From positions 1 to 64,000 of IMG/VR virus record IMGVR_UViG_3300028048_000086: a stretch of 64,000 nt of DNA; one strand, 5' to 3'. Source of the stretch: a virus. Lineage: Duplodnaviria; Caudoviricetes. Both the position numbers and the translations under genes were made by a program. A model generated the notes under the pieces. The model worked only from the letters and a program-made list of their open reading frames with translations. It searched no databases and had not been told where the DNA came from. Within the stretch, counting starts at the first letter, position 1; every line of letters begins with the position of its first letter. Positions 27,444-36,600 of this stretch are shown here, in pieces.

Positions 27444-28739
27444 TTAAAAGCCTAATTTTATTCCTGATACCATACCACCAAGCTTGCCACCAATCATCCC
27501 GCCGAGAATTCTCAGGCCCTTCGCGGCGAGGTTTCCGATAATCGCTTTCGTCTTTTCTTGAATAAAATTCTTGACCTTATCTTCATATGTTTTGATTAAT
27601 GTCTTGAATTTTTTCTGGGCAAGAAATACTTTAGCTTTGAACGTAGCTACCTTTTTAGCGATTTTCTCGATCTGCTTGACATGCTTCTCTATCATAGGCT
27701 TCAATCTGTTTTCCAGATTTTTTCCAACGGTAGATTTAATGCGATTGAGAACAGGAGCTAATCTTGCTTTGCTGTTAAAGCTTTGACCCGTCAAACGACC
27801 AACGAGTTTATCGACTTTATTGTACGTACTGCCAAGCAATTTATCTTCTAATCTGCTACTGTCAAAGGCATCCGTGATCGCCTTAGAGATCGTGCCTTCC
27901 TTCGTAAAGTTATCAATCATGTTGTATGTTTTCGAGAACTTCTGATACATATTGTCAAAAGTATTGAAGACTTTATCTCCGAAAGCATTGATTTTATTAA
28001 ATGCTGCACTCGCTTTTCCTGTGAGCATCTTCGTTTGTCTTTCGGTAAAGCTCGATAGAGCATTCTCCACTTTCGATACAGCAGAATCGAATAGTTTGCT
28101 TTGAACGATCTCAACGGTTTTATGCGCTCGAATAATGGCACGCATTTTGCGTTCCGTCATTTCATCAACTTTGCCGTTCTGTTTTAAAACATCGAGCTCT
28201 TGTTGCATTTCGTCCTGAAGCTGCTGAGAGATGATTCCTTCTGCGGCCTTGCGGTTCTTGTACTTCTTCGACTGCTCAAGTTCACCTTGAAATTGCTGAA
28301 GTTCGCCTTGAATCTGCCGATCCGCTAGCATAGATTGAGATAGAAGCTTATCCTTCTTGTCGTTAAGCTTATCAAGCTTCTTCTGTTCCGTCGAAGTTAG
28401 CTCACGAGTCTTCTTGATTTTCTCGATATCCTGAATCTGAGAGTCAACCGTAGACATCTGGCTCCAAGCCTTAACTCTCCTCTGTTGCTTTTTATCGATG
28501 TCTTTCTTCAGGCGAGTTCTCTTCTTCTCGTAGTCCTCATCAGACATCGTATCCCTATTTTTCTCTTCCTCTGCTTTTTTAGCCTCTTCGGCTTTTTTCT
28601 TTTCTTCTGCCGCTTTTTTCTTTTCGGCGTCTTTTTTCGCTAGTTCTTCTTTATGCTTCCGATGATGCTCTTCTTTTCTTTTCGCGTAATCTTCGACATT
28701 CTTATTCGCATCTTCTTCTATCTGAGAAAGAGAAATCAT
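27444..28739 (-). CDS. Lys/Glu-rich coiled-coil protein with Gly-rich hydrophobic C-terminus
   Basis: 431 aa; highly charged N-terminal half; ends GLRILGGMIGGKLGGMVSGIKLGF. Confidence 0.6.
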   Translation of the reverse strand: MISLSQIEEDANKNVEDYAKRKEEHHRKHKEELAKKDAEKKKAAEEKKKAEEAKKAEEEKNRDTMSDEDYEKKRTRLKKDIDKKQQRRVKAWSQMSTVDSQIQDIEKIKKTRELTSTEQKKLDKLNDKKDKLLSQSMLADRQIQGELQQFQGELEQSKKYKNRKAAEGIISQQLQDEMQQELDVLKQNGKVDEMTERKMRAIIRAHKTVEIVQSKLFDSAVSKVENALSSFTERQTKMLTGKASAAFNKINAFGDKVFNTFDNMYQKFSKTYNMIDNFTKEGTISKAITDAFDSSRLEDKLLGSTYNKVDKLVGRLTGQSFNSKARLAPVLNRIKSTVGKNLENRLKPMIEKHVKQIEKIAKKVATFKAKVFLAQKKFKTLIKTYEDKVKNFIQEKTKAIIGNLAAKGLRILGGMIGGKLGGMVSGIKLGF

Positions 28740-28753
28740 TTATATCATCCTTA

Positions 28754-30136
28754 TTAAAGCTTCGTACCTTCGTTTCCAAGAGCGCCGGCGCACTTCTGAT
28801 AATATTCTTCCAAACTGTCTGAAGCACAATATGGTGTAACATCTGATTGCAGAATCGAGATAAATTCATGGAACGTTTTTGCGCTGCATGCACCATAATT
28901 CTTGATTGTATTTCTGTAAACTCTAAGAAATTCGTCGTTGTCAGCATACTGATTATGCGGACCAAGTCCGGCATAATTATTTTCTGATCGTGACTGCTCA
29001 TTGAATCTACCAGATTCACATGCCCATTGTCCCCAAATCCAGTCAACAGGAATACCAAGCATGTTAGATGCTTGCATCGCGAGATCGACTGTCCACGGTT
29101 CTGCGTCGGACGGAATATTTTCCTTACCTTTTCCTGGCGCGGGCCCGATTGGTGTATTACTGTTACTGGAACTGCTAGAAGAACTTGATGACGAAGAACT
29201 ACCTCCACCGCCAACTTCCATAGCATCCACATTTCTCGGAATACCAGGACGATCCTGTCCAGCTTTGCCGATAAGAGACTTGGAATCTTTGATAACGGTG
29301 CTAACCTGATATCCTTTGTCCGTAAGAGCTAGAATATCATCGTTGATCTTCAGCGGATCGTCAATTCGAATAGCTGAGTTGATCTCGGGAACATTTAGAA
29401 TCGGTCCGAACATCGGGCCGCGCCACGGACGCCGAATCAGCATATAACGCTTTAGCTGAGGCTCCCAAGCTTTTACCAAGACATGCCCGTCTAGCGTGAA
29501 TCCACCAATCAAAGCATGCATGTTCGTAAGCAGTGGAGACTCTCTAAAATCTGTCAGCTCCCATAGCTGTGGATTCATCTTATGCTCGTTGACGATAATT
29601 TCATCTGTGAGCAGACGCATCCGATTAGTAATCGTCTCGGATTCCATAGACTGCTCAACCGCTTTCCCTTTCGGAGAAAGTTTATAAGATGAATATTTAC
29701 TCGCGGCTAGATTAATCTGTCCATCCGTGCGGACGACGACGGCCGCACCTGTCTGCTCATTGACGATACCCTGCTCGCTCATGCGAGAAAGGTTCTTTGA
29801 CTTCGACTTCATGTCATTTAGAGTCGGCGTCAATTCTTTCGGCTCTTCCGGCTCGATGGCGACCCTGATAGACCCCTGCGTATTACCTCTGGAAGCCACT
29901 ACTTCCGTACCTGTATTGGCGCTATCGCTGACGGACTGAGAAGAATCGAAGTTTTCAGTCTTGCCTTCTTGAACATTGTTATTAGCGATATTTTTGACGG
30001 AAGCGATCAAATCATCTGCGCTAGCCCTATTCCTTTGAATATTTGATGGTGCATTTTTCAAGAAAGCGCGGGCTTGAGCATTTGATGGGATTCCAAGCGT
30101 TTTCGTCGCTTTATCTTGTCGATCAGATTTTGACAT
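28754..30136 (-). CDS. Baseplate spike-region protein with C-terminal GH73/FlgJ-like peptidoglycan hydrolase
   Basis: After a Gly/Ser linker: GIPVDWIWGQWACESG...NNYAGL...YCAS, matching the Q-x-x-x-ESG / NNxxG / Y-A-T pattern of glucosaminidase-lysozyme folds. Confidence 0.65.
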   Translation of the reverse strand: MSKSDRQDKATKTLGIPSNAQARAFLKNAPSNIQRNRASADDLIASVKNIANNNVQEGKTENFDSSQSVSDSANTGTEVVASRGNTQGSIRVAIEPEEPKELTPTLNDMKSKSKNLSRMSEQGIVNEQTGAAVVVRTDGQINLAASKYSSYKLSPKGKAVEQSMESETITNRMRLLTDEIIVNEHKMNPQLWELTDFRESPLLTNMHALIGGFTLDGHVLVKAWEPQLKRYMLIRRPWRGPMFGPILNVPEINSAIRIDDPLKINDDILALTDKGYQVSTVIKDSKSLIGKAGQDRPGIPRNVDAMEVGGGGSSSSSSSSSSSSNSNTPIGPAPGKGKENIPSDAEPWTVDLAMQASNMLGIPVDWIWGQWACESGRFNEQSRSENNYAGLGPHNQYADNDEFLRVYRNTIKNYGACSAKTFHEFISILQSDVTPYCASDSLEEYYQKCAGALGNEGTKL

Positions 30137-30161
30137 CCCTTATTCAACTCACCTTTCTCTT

Positions 30162-30533
30162 TTAAGCAATCGTGCCGCCAGGGGACAGGCATCCGCCTTC
30201 GTCAGAATTGATATCTTGACGGAGCTGTCTCTTGGAACGAACGTCCATCGCATAATTACCGACATGGCGAGCAACGACAACGCAGGTGTCACCCGTGTCT
30301 TCGATAACGACTGTATCGTCGACGGCCGGGAACCAGTCCGCGCCATTTCCGTAAAGACGAACAACAACGTTACTACGTTCTCGCTTCTTTCCAGCCTTAT
30401 CTACATACTTGATATTTACTGTGTTATTTGATTCATCTGATCCAGTAACTACGCCGATCGTCGTAATCGATGTATTGGCATGTGCCGAAGGATTGACGAC
30501 GCGGCTCTGGAGCAGCGCTTTTAAATCACTCAT
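30162..30533 (-). CDS. Baseplate spike OB-fold (gp5/gpV N-terminal-like) protein
   Basis: IGVVTGSDESNNTVNIKY...NVVVRLYG..WFPAVDDTVVI pattern; directly follows the hub gene. Confidence 0.6.
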   Translation of the reverse strand: MSDLKALLQSRVVNPSAHANTSITTIGVVTGSDESNNTVNIKYVDKAGKKRERSNVVVRLYGNGADWFPAVDDTVVIEDTGDTCVVVARHVGNYAMDVRSKRQLRQDINSDEGGCLSPGGTIA

Positions 30534-30566
30534 ACCCTATCTCTCCTTTTCTATTTTACATTACGC

Positions 30567-30601
30567 AAAAAAGCCCTCGCTATTGAGACGAGAGCTTTTT
30601 T
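30567..30601. terminator. Bidirectional rho-independent terminator
   Basis: AAAAAAGCCCTCG-loop-CGAGAGCTTTTTT. Confidence 0.7.
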
Positions 30602-30689
30602 GAATCGAATATCAGGATTCAGAGGACGAATCCGTTGATTCAGAGCTGGAATCCGAAGACTCGGTCGAATCACTGGATTCCGAGCTATC

Positions 30690-33600
30690 TTAATTACTAG
30701 AATCACTTGAATCATCTGTGCTCGCTGATTCATCCGTTGATTCATCTTCTGGTTCTTCCATAGGCATATCTTCGCTATAAGCGTCATTGCCGGATTGCTC
30801 GGCGACATTCTTATTCGAGATACGCGGCATACGAACAACGACTGCTACTTTCTGAGCATCTACTTTCTTGGAGCTGAAAATCTCACTCGCAAGCTGTCCA
30901 TCACTATTTGCCGCGTCCTGCTTAATTTCCTGGGCAAATTCGATAATCGCATCCGCCAGAGGATTAATTGCGTTCTCTACGGCGTGGAGGATAAACGTAA
31001 AACCGGCGGCCGCCTGAGATTCCGTGTCTCCGATGCGGAGAGCGGACTCCAAAGCAACGAAAGAATTCTGAGTCATATCGTAAGATTCCTGAGGATCCGA
31101 GGAATTCGCCGTCGGCATATTGTTCTTAGCTCTGCGAATAATCTCGTAAAGAACGTCTACGGCATCAGGATTTAACAGCGGCATGTCATAAACATGGTCG
31201 CCATTGTCAAGGTCATATTCCATGACCTTAACGTACTTCTGCTCTCCTTCGATATTCAAGATTCTTGACTCTACATACTTGCCATCATTCAGCGCCGGAG
31301 TTTCGTGGATAATCTTAAAGAAGCCTTCTTTGATATATGGGCGGAAACGAGGATCGTCGCCAATCATGCGGACATTTTTCATCTTAGGATCATCCTGAAA
31401 ATTCGATGTGTTCTGCATGGAGAAGTAATTATACGAAGTTTGGACGTCATCGTAGAGAGAATAATCAGCTCTAGGAGTCATGAGCAGACGACGATAATCC
31501 TGCTTTACGGTATTGCCGGAGAGTGCCGACATTCCGTAAGAAGCTTGAAGCGTATTCTTGAAGAGATTGTTACTGGAAGTAGGATTGCCATTAGCATCTA
31601 CCATTCCAGAATCTCTTTGAGATTTCGCGACCGCATCTTTATAAACTTCTGGATCAGAAATCAAGGAGCCAGTGTAAGCGCCGATGGCTGACGACGGATC
31701 ATTCTTGATTCTCTCGTCGTCGTCGATGCCACTGACCTTGTTCATGAGTTTCGTCCATGCGCCCTGCTCTTTATAAGAAGGATCACCATAAATCATGCCC
31801 ATGCTTCCGGCTACGCCCGCCGTCCAGACAATGCCGTATCTCTTAAGAGGATAAATCGTAAGCACTTGGAGATTACGAGTATATTTTTTGAACATATTCA
31901 TGATCGTACTTCCGATAGCTTCTACGGCGATTGTCTCTAAAGTGGCCTCTACTAGATTAACTACAAGACCTGGCCCAAGAACGCCAGCGCCACCGGTACC
32001 TATAGCATTACGAAGAAAACGAGCACCGAAACCAGCAGCAATTTTCCCAACCGCACTTTCGGCTAATCGTTCCCCGGCTTTTTTGCCGGCCCATTTGGCA
32101 CCGGCATCAACGTACTTTATCGGATTCGCTGACTTAACCGCTGAACCTGCCGCGCTCGCCGCTTTTCCTCCCATCTCTACGGCTTTCGTAGCCATCTTGC
32201 TTTTTGCCGTGAGATTCTTCATAGCTTCTAGTCCGCGTTCAGGATAGAGAGCCTGCTTTAACTTAGAAGCCGCGTCAACAACGGGAGAGCTTCCGAAGAG
32301 TCCCATCGCCGAAGCAAATTTCGCGACGGCTAATAAATGGACGGTAGCAAAACCAGCCGTCATATTAAACCAGGAAGCGATGATTTGCTCAAAGCGATCG
32401 TCGACCGCGCAGATTAAATCAGGAGATACCGTAGTCGTGAATCCGTTTTCTACGGACATAGAATGAACAACTTCTTTTGCCGTACATTGGCCCGAGATGC
32501 CTTCATACTCATCGCTGATATACATACGGTCATGTGGCTTTATCGTCGGATCTCCGAGGAGAACCATATCGCCGGCATACATCTCTTTCATGGAATCTTT
32601 GAGAGCGGAAGCTGTCATACGCCAAGCGATAGACTTGTTGTTCATGTTATGACCGCCGGTAAGAGCTCCGTCTTCATCGTTGCCGACGATAGCATCTACT
32701 GTCTCGAAAGACGTAAAGAAGTTTAATCCGGCGGCACCGACGAATGGAACGCCCTTGCCCAACAGCTGCGTATCCACAACCATAGATTTCTGGTCTTCTG
32801 GATAGATATCATAGTCGGCATAAAGCGGGCCAACTGTATGCTGCTCTTTCGTATTCGCTGTCGCACAAACCTGATACAATCCAGTGGCTACGGTCTTCAT
32901 CTTTTGAGAAGTTGCCGTGATGCCATTCGCGATAATATCAGATCCAGAAGTATAAATATGATATTGTTGAAATGGTTTGCGCTTTTCGAGAATTGCCCCG
33001 TTTGAATTTATGTAGGAATAAGCATAATAGAAACGAGGAGCGCCGATGAAGAGCGTAGACCGGAAATCGAACGGAGCTACTGCGCAGATGAAGTCAGGCA
33101 TAACACTCTTACAGATATTCGCGATATCCCAGACAGTCTTGCCGAAAACATCGAACGTAATTGATGGAGCCTTATCGATGCCTAACACGTTCGTGACATT
33201 ATCATCGCCCCAATTTGGACTAGCCCAAGCTTCAAAGATGTTCTGCATAGGTTCAGATGACTTTGAACTTGAACCAGAGCCAGAAATATCAGCCGAGGAT
33301 GCCATTGAGAAATCTTTATTTCCAAAATGATAGATACCATAAGGATTATCTCCGAGAATATCCGGGCGATCAAAACCGAATGGAAGATTCTTGAGAACGG
33401 TCGCGATCGCGCCGCCATTCGTCGTCAAGATATCATTCATAATCTGCTTCGGAGTCTCGCCGTTTGATAGCCAACCGCCACTCGAAGTAAGAGAGTGGGC
33501 TTCTTTCTTCTCTAAAATCGGATTCATGAGCTCGACACCATCGCCTTGGGCCACGATTTCAACGGTATCTTCCGCCGTAACTTCGGCGATAGAACCATTA

Positions 33601-36600
33601 AAGATAATCGGAAGCATCACGGCATTCGAACCATATCCAGCTCTTAAATGAATGCGGGCTCCGGCGCGAAGACGAAGTTTATCTGGCGGTGAAGCATTCT
33701 GGCGTTTCTTTTCCTGTTGCTCAGCATAGCTACTGGAGTCCTTCGCAAAATGATTATGCCACCCAGGGAAAAATACAGAATCAAACGTATCTCCGAGAGA
33801 GGCTTCTGATTTACGTAGGCGATCAATTCCTTCCGTCGCGTATGATTGGAAGTAATTCGTCAACGTAATCGTAGCCGTATCAGCCGGATTTTTACGATCT
33901 TTTACAACCGTAAACTTTAAGATATTCATGGAGTTATAGAAGTTATCGTGAAGTTTATAAGAACCGACATCTCTGCCTTCATCAACGAAAATCAGATAAT
34001 ACGTTGGGAATGCTCGGAGCATACGCCCACGAGCATCATGAACAATCATATCGTGGCAGGAATGAACCATAAACTTCTTCGGATCATCTGCTGCTTTAAT
34101 GTATAACTGTTCCGTTTCATTACGAGCATGCTGCACAGCCGGATCATTTTGCGAAACGCCGATCGTATCTTTGTTGTCGATATGACCAAGGCCAGTCATA
34201 GCCATCGTCATCTTGCGTAAGGCCATTGTCGGCTTGTCACCGGTAGAAATCTGGGAAGACGGAACCGCCGCGCCGCGAGAATATTCTTGAAGACCACGAT
34301 AATCACGATTGTCGATACGGTCAAGTATCATTTGGTTTCCGTCGCTTGAAGCTAGCACACTTGCTGTCCAAATTTTACCGGAATCCATCGTATCCGTATT
34401 CCGAGAGAAGAATTTGATGTGCTCTACTAGCTGAGCTTCTTTCTCTCCGACACGAAGTTTATTCGCTTCTTCTGTATTCGAAACCCCCTGCTGGGCTTTC
34501 GATGCTTTTCTCAAAATATCCGTTTTGATCGTAGGAATCGCGTGGCGATCAATTAGAACTTTGATCCAGTAAAGACAATTGCGTAAATAAGCATGCGTAC
34601 AGAATAGCGGATCACGAATGCATGCTAGTTTGTATGCAACGATCGTATCGACAGGCTGATAGCGATAGTAACGATCGAGAAGATAATAATTTGTGTTAAT
34701 GCGGGTAAGGTCATCATTCTTCTCCTTTTCTGTCCAAACATCACTCGGATTTTCTCCGGTCATTTTCATGAACTCGCTACGGGAATATTGCTTAATTTTG
34801 AAGCAGCCAAATTCCGTAGCATAAAAAGCACCGGCATCTGGAAGGTCTTCGTCCATCGTCGTCTCTGCTCTTGTCGTACCAGGAACATAACCGACGAAGC
34901 CCGGGGATGCCATCCAGTTCGTAGATTTTTTCTTACTGGAATATTCTTTTTCTCCCGTCGCGGCGCAGGCGGCGGAATAAACGATGTCTTTGACGGTTTT
35001 CAAGAAATTCGCGTTAACATCGATATTTATCAGATCCATGATCTGATGCACTTCAGATATATTGAAAAACTGCTCAACGCCGTTATAAATAGCGGTCTTG
35101 ACTAAGTCAAAGCACTTTTTGGTGTCTCCACCGTTCTTTTTCGCTGCCAGATATTGATTGCGGATAGCGTTATTGCTACTCCACATATCTACGACGATTG
35201 GTTCAGTTTTTAGATACGTCTCTATTTCACTAGAGGCTTCTCTCGCGTTTTCCAGTTGATCATGAACCCAAGCGCCTTCCGTAATCTTTTCTTGCGTTGA
35301 TTGCTGGCTATCATCAGTTGAAGAATCATCTGTGGCTTGCTTGGTATCCTGTTGTTGGGTGTTAGATTCGGCACCTTGCTGAACAGCATTCTGAATTGCT
35401 CTTTTTCTCTCATTCGCTTCGTACGCTTTGATTTCTTTCGTGTAATTAGGTTCGAGAAACATCGCCTTTACATCATTGCTAATTTCCCATCCTTCATACT
35501 CTTCAACAGCATTATAATTGCTATCTTTCTTTAGATTCTCGAGCGTCTTCTTAGCGTTGACAGTGTATTTAGCATTTTCACTGTTCTTCGCCATCTTTTC
35601 CTGATTTTTGGCAGCATCATTCATCGCTACGGCTTCATAGCCTTTTTGTTCCTGAGCTGTGAGTTTGTATTTAGCTCCCGTGGAATCCTTATAAGTTTTC
35701 GTACCGTCAATGCCGGCTTCGATAGATTCCATAATCGTATCGCGAAGAATCTGACTAGAAAGGCGTGCTAAATATACGAAGTAAAAATCAGGATCAACGT
35801 AGACACGGTTGTCTTGGAACTTATATCTGAGATAGGAATACCCGAGGGAGTTCATATCCTCCAAAGTTGGAAGTTCCAAATCAGGATACAGTTCTGCGTG
35901 AGCAAGAGTATTTTCAACTTCGAAGAAAGACTTCAATGTCTTCTCTTCAAAGTTACTATCCTTACGATCTCCGTTATTCCTAGCTTGAAGCATGGCCGTA
36001 GCTTCTCTTTGACGAAGCGTACGATCCATGGAACGCATGGAGAACGAAATATTATAAACGCCTGGCTGGCCCGGAATCGTATCTATTTGGACATCTGTAA
36101 TTGATACTTCTGTCGTACCGAAGAATCTCGTAAATTCAGAATCGACTTTGATAGGATAGCATGGAATTACCTGACGATATTGACGCATCATCAATGCTGA
36201 TAGCTTCGGCAAATTGCTGATAATACCGGCTGCTTTTTTACTCGACGTCATAATGCTGACATTGAAAACTGTGTCTTCGCCGCCGAGATATTGCGGAGCA
36301 CATCCTTTTGAATCCTGAAGAGAAATTGGATGACCATTTGCAGATGACATGTGGTTCATGATCTGTGCTGAATAATCCGTTATGTAAAAGACTCCAGCAT
36401 CGATAGGAATAAACGACATATTGTCCAGCTGGTCAATATTCGCTACTTTTCTCCATTGACTATTGCCAGAGTCATTGCCTTTGATTGAGTTGTTGTCATA
36501 TTTGTCTTTTGCATATGACAACAACTTCATATCATCTGTATCAGCTATCGGAGTAAAACTAGTTCCGGATCCATCCGCCGCGATAGAAATGCGCATCGGT

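Noticed and set aside
28702-29232. 176-aa alternative-frame minus-strand ORF (also 30551..30838 and 61876..62079)
   Set aside because: These overlap better-supported genes or terminators in another frame and show no coherent protein features.
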